Virus record (IMG/VR): IMGVR_UViG_3300020401_001540
Location: 8,865 to 72,864 of that record
Reading direction: 5' to 3' (one strand)
DNA from: a virus
Length of the DNA: 64,000 nucleotides
Positions within the stretch are counted from its first letter, which is position 1. The number at the start of each line of letters is the position of its first letter. Of this stretch, positions 28,787 to 42,300 are shown piece by piece. The notes under the pieces are model-generated. The model worked only from the letters and a program-made list of their open reading frames with translations. It ran no database searches and was not told where the DNA came from. Made by a program: the position numbers and the translations under genes.

Positions 28787-30617
28787 CTAAATTGCCCGGA
28801 GTTAAGTCTTGCACATACTCCCAGGAACCGTTGTTTACTCTAAATAATTTTAATGTTCTTGCTACTGTTGATGTAATTGCACCAGTAACATCGTTAAATG
28901 TTGCATCTCCTATAACAGATGCTGACCCATCATCTGCACCATTTCCGTCTAATTTTTGTACTACTTCTAAACTTTTGTTGAAACTAGTGTTCAAATTCGC
29001 CGCAGATAGTGTTGCTTGGGCTCCTACAGTGGATGTACAGTGTACTCTAGCTTCTGTACCGTTTATTTTTGTTGCACTCGGAGCAATATCATTTATAATT
29101 GTGGCGATATTTGAGTGTAGCGTAGAACCTGTACCTAAACCTGTTATATCTAGTGTCAAAGGAATAACTTCCAAATCAATACTGCTATCTACGTATGCTT
29201 TAGTTGCAACATCTTGCGGTGCAATAGGATCTGCTACATTTCTAATTTTCACTTGATTAACATAGTTCATGTCTCCAGCTAATGTTAAGTTTAAGCCGTT
29301 GCCACTTGCGTCTGTAACTCCTGTGCTTATACCTATTCCGCCAGTAAAACTGATGTTTCCTATGTTTGCCTGTGTCAAATTACCAATACTAGTAAGTCCA
29401 GGAGCACTTGTTCCATCAATTAAGTCAATTCCGTTGTATTTTAGCTTTGCTGAACCAGTTAAATTTATACTTACATTTGTTGTCCAAGCATTATTTGCAT
29501 TTCTCCAAAGCCATTCTTTGTTTCCATTTAAACCTTCTACTGTGATTCCTGACTCATCTGCTTGTGCATCTGTCAATAAAGTACTATCGTCACCTCTTGC
29601 TAGTTGGATTTGTTTATCTCTTACACGCAAAGTATCAACATCAATAATAGTTTGCGTACCATTTACCTTTAAATTACCTGTTATATTGACATCGCCACCA
29701 ACATCTAGTGTAGCTGATGGACTAGTATTGAAAATTCCAACTCTACCTAATGAAGATTTAATTGTAACTGCATCTGCTTTACCTGTGCTTGTAGTCATTC
29801 TCAGCGTATAATCTTCACCACTAACGTTATTCTCTGCAACAACACCCAAATTAGTGACTTTGACAACATGGTTATCAGTCAATCCAACTGTCATTCCATT
29901 ATTGTTTCTTACCGTTAATGCACCACTTGTTGAATCATCTGAATCACTAGCAAGGAACTGTCCTGCTGTCCTTACATTTCCTTGTGCATCAATAAGCGAT
30001 TGTGTCCTTGTTGCTGTGCCTGCAAATAGAAAATCATTATCTACAACATTAAATCCTTTTACAACGTCTCCGGTGAAGCCTGGTATTGTGTCAATGTTCT
30101 GAGGACTGAAAGCAATCTTACTCCATAATCCTACTAGAGTACCTCCAACCCAATATTTTACAATAGTTCTACTTGTTCCAGTGTTATCTAGAACTGTAAC
30201 AACCTGCGGCCCTGATCGTCCTTGGAAAGCATTATAAATTGGACCTGCTAATTCTAAATCAGTTCCATCAAAAAAGTATAATTGATTTTGATCATTGTTA
30301 ATCCAAAGGTCGCCTGCCACCATTGTTGGTCTAGCCGGACCTACTAATGGTCCTCCACCAGTGGTCCAAGCAGTACCTGTATATACTTTCAATCTAGATG
30401 ATGCTGTGTCCCACCAAATTTGACCAGCTAAAGGATTTGCCGGAGCACTTGCATTCGCAAAGTTTTCCAACATTTTTACAAAGTTTTCGTTTATTGCTTC
30501 ACCAAAACCTGAATAGTTTTTTCCTATTAATGTAATATCCGTTGATGCTACATCAATTTGTCCGTCTGCTAGATTTACAAGTAAAGCGCCGCTTGTTTTA
30601 TTAATTTGATATGCCAT
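28782..30617 (-). CDS. tail fibre protein
   Basis: Same N-terminal module, RVGIFNTSPSATLDVGG repeat and DVATKAYVD motif. Confidence 0.75.
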   Translation of the reverse strand: MAYQINKTSGALLVNLADGQIDVASTDITLIGKNYSGFGEAINENFVKMLENFANASAPANPLAGQIWWDTASSRLKVYTGTAWTTGGGPLVGPARPTMVAGDLWINNDQNQLYFFDGTDLELAGPIYNAFQGRSGPQVVTVLDNTGTSRTIVKYWVGGTLVGLWSKIAFSPQNIDTIPGFTGDVVKGFNVVDNDFLFAGTATRTQSLIDAQGNVRTAGQFLASDSDDSTSGALTVRNNNGMTVGLTDNHVVKVTNLGVVAENNVSGEDYTLRMTTSTGKADAVTIKSSLGRVGIFNTSPSATLDVGGDVNITGNLKVNGTQTIIDVDTLRVRDKQIQLARGDDSTLLTDAQADESGITVEGLNGNKEWLWRNANNAWTTNVSINLTGSAKLKYNGIDLIDGTSAPGLTSIGNLTQANIGNISFTGGIGISTGVTDASGNGLNLTLAGDMNYVNQVKIRNVADPIAPQDVATKAYVDSSIDLEVIPLTLDITGLGTGSTLHSNIATIINDIAPSATKINGTEARVHCTSTVGAQATLSAANLNTSFNKSLEVVQKLDGNGADDGSASVIGDATFNDVTGAITSTVARTLKLFRVNNGSWEYVQDLTPGNLV

Positions 30618-32698
30618 TAGCCCCCAACTCCTGTATAAATGATATACTTAACTGTCAAGAACGGGTTCATTACGTTGTATGGTGTTCCAAGTTCTGTAAT
30701 ATCAAATGTTTGGTATTCTTCAACACCTGTATTTTGATTGTATGCAATATTTCTTCTGTTAAGCACACCACCTGATGATGTTCTAGCTTGTCCTGCACCT
30801 GTACCAGTAGGAGCATCATAAGAAATAGTGTCAGCATCTTGTGGAGTGCCACTATCATCTAAGATAACATAAAACTGAGCACCTTTTGGTGATCTTAAAT
30901 CGTGTTCGTGTTCTGGTAAATTTCTAACATCAATTGCTCTACTTTCAACACCAGATGCTAATCCAACTGTGTCAGCGTTTACATCTGATACTCTATTTGC
31001 ACTTGTGCCACCCAAGTTGTCAGCACCAAGAGGAAATCTACCACGTAAATCAGGTAAACCAAATTGTCCCGATGTAACCTGGCTTTGATCTTTAAACTGA
31101 TATTGTATTGTATTAAACAATGTTAAATAATCTGCTATTCTTACTTCCGTTCCATCACAAAGTAACCAACCTGCAGGAGTGCTTACACCTGCAAAAGGCA
31201 CAATAGTTCCAATTGGAATAACAGGTACCGAGCTTACTAATGCTTGTTGTGAAATTTTAAATACGCCTGTTTCATCGCCTGATATTCTGTTAATAATAAT
31301 TTCATCATCATTATTTGGAGTCGTAGTTAAAGTTTTGTTAGCAATAAAAGTGTTGCTTATAGATGTGTTAAAAGTTTTTGTAGTACCACCAGTTTGTCCA
31401 TCAAAGGTAATTTGATTTGAACTTACGTCTCCTGTCAGTTCAAAAGTCGATGCACTAGTAAGTTTGTTTGCGTTTGCCGCGCCACCTGTAACTGTACCTG
31501 TAATGTTTCCTACTAAATTACCTCTAAATTCAACTGCATGTACTTGCGACCATCTCTTGTCACTTGATCCTAAGTTCGAAGTTTGTGTGTTTGCTGGTAA
31601 AATGGATCCTGTTGTACTTGTCCCAGCAACATTTAAATCTGTACCTACATAAAGTTTTTTGGCAATTCCTACACCACCTGATATCTTAACTGCACCTGTA
31701 CCAATACTTGCACTATCTGTAGTACCTTGAATAATAAGATTTGTACTTGCTTGTATTGATCCTGCTACGTCTAATGCTTCAGCAGGTGATAAAGTATTAA
31801 TTCCTACCTTTTCTGTTGAGTCAATTCTAATTACGTTTGCTTGTGTTCCTAAATTGTTAACTTTGAAATCTATAGGTGCACCTGACGTTAAGTTTGTAAT
31901 TACTCCAGATGTACCTTGGACGTCAAATGTAACAATAGCATCTTGTCCTACTTGCAAACCTTTGTTGTTACTAATAACAATTTGTTCATTTGATGTACTT
32001 GAAACATCACTTCTTAAAAAGTTTGTAGCTGAAACACTGACTCCGCCTATAACTAAATTTTCTGCTTTTTCACTTGTTCCTAAAAATTTTCCTACACCGG
32101 CGCCACCTATGTCAGCACTTGATAAGTTAAGTCCTGGTTGAATAATTGTAAATCCAACAATAGTTGATTTAGGTTGGAAAGTTTTTGTTGAATAAATTGC
32201 AACAGGACTTCCCCCAACTTCAACTTGTAGTATGGTATAGTTTATTTCATCTTTACCTGTAACTACAACAGGCTTAGATCCTGTCAATAAACCGTCACTG
32301 TATTCTGGGCCAACCAATGTCCAACCAGAACCAGTAAAAATATAAAGCTGATTATTATCAGTATCTGACCAAAGGTCTCCAGTCAAAGCAGAACTTACAT
32401 CAGGAGCATTATTTCCTTTTTTCAATCCACTTGCATTAATCCAACCAGTACCATCATATAACTTCAATGTGTTTACACCAGTTGAACTATCATACCATAA
32501 TTGTCCTTGCACAGGATTACGTGGTGCCGCGTTATTTGCAAAATTTTCTAATAAGTGTAAAAAGCTCTCTGCAATAACTGATCCATAACTTGTTGTATTA
32601 CGTCCTGGAATATCTAAGCTGGTAGCTTGATTAATTGTACTATCTTCAATTGATATAGTACCTTTGTTGCTGTCTGAGTAATTAATAGTATAAGCCAT
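30617..32698 (-). CDS. tail fibre protein with tail collar domain (gp12-like short fibre)
   Basis: IPIGTIVPFAG..PAGWLLCDG...LPDLRGRFPLG collar, LPEHEH and MNPFLTVKYII. Confidence 0.85.
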   Translation of the reverse strand: MAYTINYSDSNKGTISIEDSTINQATSLDIPGRNTTSYGSVIAESFLHLLENFANNAAPRNPVQGQLWYDSSTGVNTLKLYDGTGWINASGLKKGNNAPDVSSALTGDLWSDTDNNQLYIFTGSGWTLVGPEYSDGLLTGSKPVVVTGKDEINYTILQVEVGGSPVAIYSTKTFQPKSTIVGFTIIQPGLNLSSADIGGAGVGKFLGTSEKAENLVIGGVSVSATNFLRSDVSSTSNEQIVISNNKGLQVGQDAIVTFDVQGTSGVITNLTSGAPIDFKVNNLGTQANVIRIDSTEKVGINTLSPAEALDVAGSIQASTNLIIQGTTDSASIGTGAVKISGGVGIAKKLYVGTDLNVAGTSTTGSILPANTQTSNLGSSDKRWSQVHAVEFRGNLVGNITGTVTGGAANANKLTSASTFELTGDVSSNQITFDGQTGGTTKTFNTSISNTFIANKTLTTTPNNDDEIIINRISGDETGVFKISQQALVSSVPVIPIGTIVPFAGVSTPAGWLLCDGTEVRIADYLTLFNTIQYQFKDQSQVTSGQFGLPDLRGRFPLGADNLGGTSANRVSDVNADTVGLASGVESRAIDVRNLPEHEHDLRSPKGAQFYVILDDSGTPQDADTISYDAPTGTGAGQARTSSGGVLNRRNIAYNQNTGVEEYQTFDITELGTPYNVMNPFLTVKYIIYTGVGG

Positions 32699-33309
32699 TA
32701 TTCATTAAATCCTGATAAACTTTGTACTCTTACAGTGTAATCTATCTGTACCAGACGATTTAAACTCTTTTGTACTGGGTGGAAAATTACGTGAGTTAAC
32801 AATCTTCCCTGTCCGGAAGGACTATAACTTACTAAACCTAATTCATCAAATACATACAAACTGTCTGCGTTTGTTGCATTATCAATGGCATCCTGTCCTG
32901 TAGGCTCACCATAATCTAGTAAACAACTTACTAATATGTCCGTGTAGTTAGTTCCGCTTACATGTCTTGATTCTATCTTATTACGAGCAGGATCTGTGTT
33001 ATTAACACTTCTATCGTCAACTACCTTAATAAATGTTTGATTGTATAAACTTGCATTTGTACCAGTTGAATTTGGTGTTAGATACGTAATAATACCTGTA
33101 GGATCGATACTAGTACCACCGTTTCCAAATGCCATTTGATATATAAAACCTTCTCCAGCATTAGCTAAACTTTCTGCTAGTGAAATACTCATGTTTTCAT
33201 AATGGATAGCATTGCGTTTATCCACTAATATTTCACCTGTTTCCGGGTTGGTTATTTTAATGTGTCCTTGGAGTAAAACTCCGTTTTCTTCTTTAAGTTT
33301 GTCAATCAT
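32698..33309 (-). CDS. virion/baseplate structural protein
   Basis: GHIKI..KRNAIHYEN..MAFGNGG..FDELGL..LLTHVIFHPVQKSLNR, located in the baseplate operon. Confidence 0.65.
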   Translation of the reverse strand: MIDKLKEENGVLLQGHIKITNPETGEILVDKRNAIHYENMSISLAESLANAGEGFIYQMAFGNGGTSIDPTGIITYLTPNSTGTNASLYNQTFIKVVDDRSVNNTDPARNKIESRHVSGTNYTDILVSCLLDYGEPTGQDAIDNATNADSLYVFDELGLVSYSPSGQGRLLTHVIFHPVQKSLNRLVQIDYTVRVQSLSGFNE

Positions 33310-33327
33310 AATGTTTTCCTACAACTG

Positions 33328-33334
33328 TATTTAT
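33328..33334 (-). promoter_or_regulatory. late promoter core ATAAATA
   Basis: Overlaps the stop of the giant gene, upstream of the 33309 ATG. Confidence 0.55.
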
Positions 33335-36300
33335 TTTGGTAGCTCCACCTTTTCTGCCTTAAAGAAACGTGCTACCGAACTTTCCGAATCATTAAGCGAA
33401 ACTCCAGGATCTGCCCAAACTGTACCTTGTCTGCGTATAATTTGTACCTTAACACCACTTGCTGGTGTATTTAACAAAGTTACTGCCGGCGTATTACCTG
33501 TGACTGAGAATTCTGCAGGAGCAGTAATATCTGCTTCTGGACTATCTTGATCTTTTGTTGGATCAAATACCTGAATTTCTGTTTTTCTTAGACGTTTACC
33601 AGCAACAAAAACTTCAAATTCATTGACTGAATTAGGTGTAAATCCGAGATCAAATACCGAAGTTGAACCGTCACCTATTTGTGTATCGGTAATTGTTTGA
33701 TCTGCATATGGAGCAGTTTGTTGGATACCTTGGTTATATACATCACTTCCGGCAAAATGCACTTCTGGTGCACCTGTTCCAAACGTACCACGCTGTATTT
33801 GGCGTAAAGTGTTACCCTGTCTAATTAAGAATTCTATACGTTCTCCATTAATGAATATAATTCCTGGTACACTACTAGTTTTATCAGGAGAACTTATTGT
33901 GCTTGCATCATCTAATACAATTTCTTTGTCTGTTACAAGTAAATCTTGTGCAAGTTTGATTGGTGCTACATCACCTAAACGTTTATATATGTTTCTATTA
34001 AGAATATCTTTAAACTGACTAAATCCAAACTTAGGTTCTGTTGCTCCTGTTGCACTGAATTGTATTACTTCTATTACGTCATTATCATTTAATATTCCAT
34101 TATATTTTACAAATTTCTTATCATCAGTTAGTTTATAATCAACGCTTGGAGTTTTCAAAATACCATTTACTGTCAACCAAACAAATTGTGCATCTATTGC
34201 TGGGTTACGTAATTTAACTAATCCAGCCTTTAAATGATTGTATTGAATATGATCATCGGTTCCAACTGACAATGTTGATCTAGCAACGACATCAAAATTA
34301 ATTCTTTCAAAGTCTTGGAAATCATGTTTGTTAAATGTATATACTGTCAGCAATTCTCCTTCTGCCGGAGCAGTATTTAATTGTAATACATTACCACTAT
34401 CGACCCATGTGTTTTGATTGTTTATAACTTGTATACTACCAAATGCATAATCCCCATCTGTTCTAATATAAACTTCTAATTTATCTCCGTCTGTGCCTAT
34501 TCCAGGTTCTAATATTATAGAACTATTTGCAGGACGTATATTATATTCAGTTGCAATTTTTAATTCAGTACCATTTAACAATACTAACACGTCTGAGTTA
34601 TCAAAACTTCCTATAGGTCTTTGCCAAATTTCTAAAAAGTATTCACGCACACCATCTTCAACATTAAATTGTTGATTGTAACCAGGATTTAAAATTTTAT
34701 TTCCTTGTTTTACAATAACATTATGACTGTTTGGTTTTGCACTGTAAGGAGTTTTAGCAAGAGTAAAGTTTACTGTTGATCCATCACCAGTAAATTCTTG
34801 CGTTTCTAATTTACTGAAACTATCTATTTTACTGTAGATTGCAAAATTAATAACACTTTGATCAGGTGGTGGACTACCAAAGAATAGCACTGCCTTGGTA
34901 TCTTCAGATCCACTATCATCACTTGCAATTAAGACTGATTCTACCTGCTTGCCATTTACAGTTGCATAATAATCTAGATTAGCACTCCAGCGAGCCTTTG
35001 TAACATATTGAACTGAACAACCATCACCAATGAATTCATCAAACTCTACAATGTTATCACCGTTGCCGCTCACAGAAAGTATGTTTATAAAATCTCCTGC
35101 ACTAGGTGGTGTTCTAAATTTAACTTTTTTAAGTCTATAATCAACAATGTATGTATTTTGATTTTGTATTATTTCGTTTACCCTAACAATTAAACCATCT
35201 TTATTTTGCGGTTGTATTCCAAATCCAAATTCTACATTTACGCCGTCGGCATTATAAGAGTTACTTGACAATAGACTTCCACCTTTGCTTTGTCTATGGA
35301 AAACTCTTATATCTACAGTGTCTAAAATTTGTCCTGGAACTTGCTCTTCAGGTCCTTTAGATGTTGTAGGTGTTACAAATCCATCTCCGTCCACAATGAT
35401 CTCTTCTGGATTGATTCCTTTAGCAGTGAAGAATTGTAAATCTCCTCCACTTAATATTGTGTCATAAGATCTTGGATCAGGTAAAAATGCTCCATCTGAT
35501 GTTGTCTTTCTAAATACCACAACATCATTAGCAACAAATTTTTGTACATCATTTGTAATTTCTACTGTTGTTTGTCCTGCACCTACTATACTTTGTAATA
35601 CTGCATTGGCATTCGTTTGTGCATTTGTTCCAAAATTAGGATCATCAATTCTTGTTCCGTTCAGATATACATTGTACACAACACCATTTTCTAAAGGCTT
35701 TGATAAATTAAATATTTCTGTGCTACCATCCATTTGGAATATTTCATCATCAAATGTTGTATCAAAAGTATCATATGTAGTTGTAAACCATTCATCTGAA
35801 TCCCAACCAGTTCCTGACCCAAAGCTATAACTGCTTACTTCAACTCCTCCATAGTCTATGCCTTCTAAAATTTGTCCTAAATCATTTCCATACATTCCGG
35901 TTGCTGGATTATAATAAAGATTAATTCTATCTTGTGCTTGTAACAAGTCTGGTGCTTTATCGTATTCTATAATAACATTTTGACCTGTCCTTAAAGGAAG
36001 AGTAAAAGTTATTCTTCCATAATATCTTGTGTAACCTTTAGAAGTGTCTTTAATGTTTTCAAAAGTATATTCACTACGTAAACTATCAAGTCCGTCAACT
36101 GTAACTTTTATTCTTGTAGATTTAAGTTGAACAGGCCATTTTAAATTAAATATCTGTTGGTTAATAACACTTGTAAATGTTTGTGTTTCATTAAGTTTAC
36201 TAAACAGATATACTCCAGTAACTCTATCAAACTTGCATCTTACATGCATGCCTCTTGCTTTACCTTTACCTAACACAGGACTTAATCTAGCAGTAGTTCC

Positions 36301-39300
36301 GCCTTCTTCCAACGATCCGATAATTTCAACATTTGGTTGTGAAAGATAACCGCTTCCTGATTTAGTTACTTCTACTGTTGTAACCCTGCCATTAGTACCT
36401 ATGTAAGCTCTTGCTTCTGCACCTGAGCCGCCTCCGCCGGAAATTTTAATTTGAGGTGGTATTGAGTAACCACTACCTGCATCAGCTATATTCAATTCCA
36501 ACAATTCAAAGCCAACATTCTCTGCCCAATGTTTGCTTGGATATTTTGTTATTTCAGAAGTTCCTGAAACAATTTGATTTTCCATCACTTGAACACTCTG
36601 TGGAATTATTTTTCCTGCGTCTGCATTGTAAACTGGAGGTAAATCAAAGTCGGTCATTACAGTTGAAGAAGGATCAATCTTTTCATACGAACTTAGATAT
36701 TCTCTAATTTTTGTTTTGTATGGTTTAACTTCTTCAACAAAATTTTCGTAACTTGATAAATTATCGTTTTGGAAATTAGTTTTTTGTTTTAATTCGCCGA
36801 TATTGTGTTTTGCTTTTATGAAGCTAGTTTTGAAAACCCAATCTACATTTGGTTGTTCTGCAAAAACGTATCTAATACTTGCAAAGAATAATTCGTTCCA
36901 TTTGCCTGCTAATTCATCTATGAAGATATCATTTTTAATTGCATCTATTAGAACTCTAAATTCCTCAACAGGCTCAGTGTCATAGAATATCTTATCAAAA
37001 CTTGCTCCATCATATGCAATATTTTCGTTTGTTACATCATACAAGCTATTCAAAAATTCAATAGTACCGTTTTGTCTTCCAATCGTATTGTAATTTATTG
37101 AATAATCATCTGTCTCTTGATTATCTTTTTTCTGTAACAGTAACCATCCGCCAGTTCCAACATTATCTATTTTTACGACATCTCCTATGTTATCACCTAA
37201 TCCAGATAATTCATAGCTTGACGAAAGCTGGAAAGATATAGGTGTAAATTGATTGAATCCTGTCGCATACCAATCAATGTATTTCCAATAAGCATTAACA
37301 TCATATGCTTGTGTAAGAGTTCTTTGCCATTCGGTACCTATCCATTCAAAAATTGCCCATTTACCACCAACTGTCTCATCATTTTGCACAAGGACACTGA
37401 ATTTTCTTATTAATATAGAAACGTTATTTGTATAGTTTTGTCCTGCACTAACAATTTCAACATCTGATATAGCACCGTTTGCATCTAGTGTAAATTTAAG
37501 TTCACAACCTGTTCCTTGTGCATCGGATATTGTGTAAGTTGGAGGATTAATATATCCTTGTCCGCCATCATTTATTATGACGTTTATGATGTTACCATTT
37601 TCAACTTCTAGTGTAAGGCTAGCTTGTCTAACTTTAGCAACACTTACAAAATTTAATTCTGCAAAGCTATCACTAGTAGTATCAAACTTTCCTTCTGCAT
37701 TTGTAGGCAAAGGATCTATTCTGGTCAGTTTTGTTAAATCTTTATCATCAACAATTAAATTTTCTTTTAATGTTTTATTAATTCTTTCTACAAACTGCTT
37801 TCTAGCTTCAGTTTTATTAACGAACCAAGATTGTCTAGGTTCATTTAAGTTTCCATATTTTTGTCTTACTGGAAGATTTATATCTGGCACTGGTCTATCG
37901 TTTTTGTCAAAACCGACCAAACTATCATACCATTTCTGTTCTAAATCTGCACGTGGTATGCTTGTTTCTAAACCATCTGTTATAATTTGATATTCATTGT
38001 GTGTATTTTGTTCTTGATTTTCTATTGTCCACCAATTCCAACTTATACCAACATTTTTGTCTTTAATGAATGGTTCACAATTGAACAAGCTAAATCTGTT
38101 TGATCCTAAAGGAGCAACAAATCTTGTACCAGCTGATGCTGGATCTGATATTGCGGCCGCCACATCAAATGCACTTGTTCTTCTAGTATCCACTGACGGT
38201 AAAGTAGCTTTGTTCCTTACCCAGTAATAATAATAATTTGTAAATGTTTGTGTAGCTGTATCGTATCTTCGTCTTACACTATATGCACTGTCACCGTACT
38301 TTGTTGTACCACTAATACCTTGTGTTAATCCAGCTTCAGAACCAGATTGTTCATCCCATTCGCTAGGAAGTAATGTAGTCTCTACCCATTCATAAACATC
38401 TACAACAGAACCTGGAAATAATTTGTTAAAGTTTTGTGTGGATTCAATTACATCTCCTTGATGGAAGTTTATAAATTTAGCACTTCCGATGTCCCACCAA
38501 ATCTTTCCTATCCATTTTTCTGCTGTATAATCCATTGGATAAGCTGTAACAGAATCAATAGTGCTGACACTATATCTCGCAGGATCATAACTTACTTTAA
38601 AATCAATTTCTTGATCTGCTATGCCTGATATTTTTCCTTGTAATGGATCTATGTAATCTAAGTATGTAACTAAACTATTATCAGTTTTATCAAATAAGTA
38701 TACTCCTTTTAATTTTGATGTGTCTACAGGATCTACTGGACTTCTAGCAATAGTCCAGTTTGTCATACCTTGTGGTTTTCTGTATTCTGCGACTAGTCCT
38801 CTGTCAATTTCATTTGTTAAATTGACTTGTTGTTTAGGCAATCCTAAGTAAATGTGATTATCATTTACACGCATGATATTTCCAAAGTCTTGCGTATCTG
38901 TATTATATGCAAAGTCTTGGGCATACAATAATGTATCGTTGATTGTTTCATATATACTTACTAGACCGCTATCATTGTCTATTAATTTAAATTCTGTACT
39001 TGCATTATCAAATTGTGTTGAAGATTGATCGAATGTTGTTACTTTTTCTAAGTCACCGCCACGTGAAGTAATTGCTAATGTATTTCCGTCAAAGTCTAAT
39101 TTAAAACCAAAACGTGTGTTTGGCTGTTTATCTCTCGGACGTATGGTTTGTCTATATGAAAATGTTGTTCCGTTTTGCACATAGATATATACACAACCAC
39201 CGTTTGGAACTAGTTCACTATTAAACGGAGCTCCCACTGCAATTTTCTTTCCGTCATTTGATATAGCTATGCTTCTACCATAATCTTCAAACTGATTAAA

Positions 39301-42300
39301 AGGTTCAAGAATTTGACTATATTCATATTGATCTGCAACTTTTCTGTATACAACTATTTTGGTACTGGCGAGTGAACTATCTACTGCATCGCCTTCTGCA
39401 TATAATAATGTTCCATCAGTAGAATCAATTTGATATTGACTCGTATACATAGATGATGCAATTAAAACATCTGCAGATTTACTTACATCAAAGTTTTCTC
39501 CAAATGCTTCCAGTTTGTTTTGTTCTAAAACACTTTCACTTATACTAAAATTAGTATCATTAGGCACATATCCTAGCAAATCTAATCCGCTTGTTTTACG
39601 GGTCCATAAAGCTAAATTAAATGCTCCAGGAATAGTGTTAGTGTTTGCTTCATATATTTCATTGCCAAACCTTACTAGGTCTCCTTCAAAATAAGTTGCA
39701 GAAGATCTATGAAAGCCTTTGTATTTTCTTTCAATACCTAAAGACCAATCTTCAGTAGCATTTTTTTCTACAAAGTAAATTCGACCTTGATTGTGTTCTG
39801 TTCCATCACCTTTGGCATGTACAAAAAGTTTATATGTATCTGCGTCTATCTGTCTAAACTCAACTTTATTTCCTAACCTTCTTCCAGGTCGTGCATTAGG
39901 AACAGTGTAATAGTTAATTAATTGATAGGTTGCACCTCTTTTTTCATATATAGCAAATGTGCCTTGAGCATCCATATCACTTGCCGCAGTGTAACCGCTT
40001 GAGTTGAGAGGTATATTATAAACTCTAGTCCAGTCTAGATTTAATGCTCCTGGAGGATTTGCACTATCTGATATTCCTTGTATAGTGTTGCTAGAATAAA
40101 TCCAATATTCTGTATCTTGAATAAAGCTATTTCCTGTAGGAATTTCTATGTTTGATCCTTTGTCTACAACCAGCAATGGTCCTGATAAATTATTTTCAAC
40201 ATGTGTATTGTTAATCGGACCAACAGTTCTTACTGTTGAATCATTTTCGATAAATGTACAATTACTTGGTTCAGAAAAGTCGCTTCCCCTTGACCATGTT
40301 CCGTTTCTATTTTTAAGCCAAAATCTTGCTATTGCAAATGAACGTTGAATGTAAGCAACTTCAGCTGTGCTTCCTGTAGCAGTATCAGTTACTATATCTC
40401 CTATGTTAGGTAAGAAGGGATCACCATTCAAATCAAAATTTGTAAGTCGTACGTCAACCCAACCATTCCAAATATCTGCAACAGTATGTTCAGTGTTGTT
40501 TACATAGGTATAATCCAAACCTATTGCTGAGGGATCTTGTCTTACTCCGCTTACATATATGTCGTTTATCCAGGTTCTAAATTTATCTCCAACTGTGAAA
40601 CTATTTCCGTGTGCTAATTCTGTTCTAATTACCCACCTTGAATCTAAGAGGTTTATTTCAGTTGCTCCTTGCTGGTGACTTAGAACAGCGTAATAACTTG
40701 CTCTAGTTGGATTGTTTATAATATCTTCGTTTTGTTTAGTATCAAGAATATTTGTAAAAGCAGGATCGTTTGTAGTATCGCCTTCGAGTGTAATATTTTG
40801 TACGACTAGATTTGGCTTTGTCTCTTGTAAATTTGTACTGTTAAATGATGTTCCAACATTTATGTACCACCAACCTGTATGATAGTTGTCAGCAATATGG
40901 TTCACTGCATTATAAGTTCCTATTGTAATATTATTTTGTAATATTGTTCCAGAAGTTTCTAGTTGACCATTTACATCATTTAGGTAAAGAATCAGCCTGT
41001 TATCATTATCAATGAATCTGTATTGTACTTTTGCTCTTGCTGTATCAGTAGTTATTTCGTCGCCAACATCAGGAGTTGCCAAAGCACTAACAATTTCAAC
41101 AACCATTTTAACTTTACCAACAATGATATGTTGTCCGTTAAAGAAGTTTGCATTTAAAACAGGATCTCCGTTGAAAGGCAATACTCCTCCTGCTGATGTT
41201 GTTGTAAACTGATTCCATTTCAGTGTAAGTTTATCACCTGGCTTGGTTCCTTCCCATTGTTCTTTTTCAGCTCTGATTAAAACGTGATCTGTTGCTTCTG
41301 TAGGCATACTATAGTTTCCACGCATCATGAATACTATTTCTGGATATTGTGATGTTTCTGCATTGTAATCGTCTGATATACTTTGTTGATTAGATGCATG
41401 ACTTTCAAAAGTCTGTATTGCATCTGCTGTTACATTTCTTTTTGCTCTCCAAAGTTGATCACTATATAAAACTATATCTCCTGAAGCGTATGCTTCTGTA
41501 TTGACATAGTCGCCTTTTAATTTTGATTTAGCATTTGATGCATTTGGTGACCCTATAGCAAGATATTTTCCATCAGGTGTGATAGACACACTTGTTCCAA
41601 ACCCACCATTACTATCATATAAGAAAGCCTGTTCGTCTATTTGTTGTAATAATCCTAATTCTGTATTATCACTAGGCCTCGTAAAGACATAAACACTTCC
41701 ATTTAAATCCTTAGGTGCTGTAATTGCTACAGTATTATTATCCTGACTTACACTTACGCTTGATCCAAAATCTTTTTGAGTGCTATCTAATAATCCTGCT
41801 GTTGTATTCAAAATATTAGGTTTAAGTTCATATACCTGTTTACTTTTTAAAACAATCCATTTTCCTGTGTCGTCATCATCTACCCATATAGTTTGGCCAG
41901 CCGCGGAACTTCCTGTTAATGAGAACGGAGTAATACCTCCGTCTTTTATGTTTTCATTTGCTTCAGTAAGATTTGAAACTCTTACTTTTTTATACTTGGT
42001 TAAGAATCCTTCACCTGTGTAATCTGCTGTTGAGTCTGATATGCTGTCTGTTGAATCTAGGGATAATACATTCAATTGTATTTTATTGACTGTGTAAAAT
42101 CCGTCAGTTTCATCGTTAACATCTTTGATTCCAATTACATCTCCTATTTCAAAATCAGGTTCGTTATTTAGAGTAAGTTGAAATACATCATTCTGGGTAC
42201 CGGTAACTGATTGTATTTTCAAATCGGTAGCCATGTATTTGTAAACTGCCCAATTTATTTGATCTTTTTCAAGTGCAGTCCAAATGTAAGATCCTGCTTG

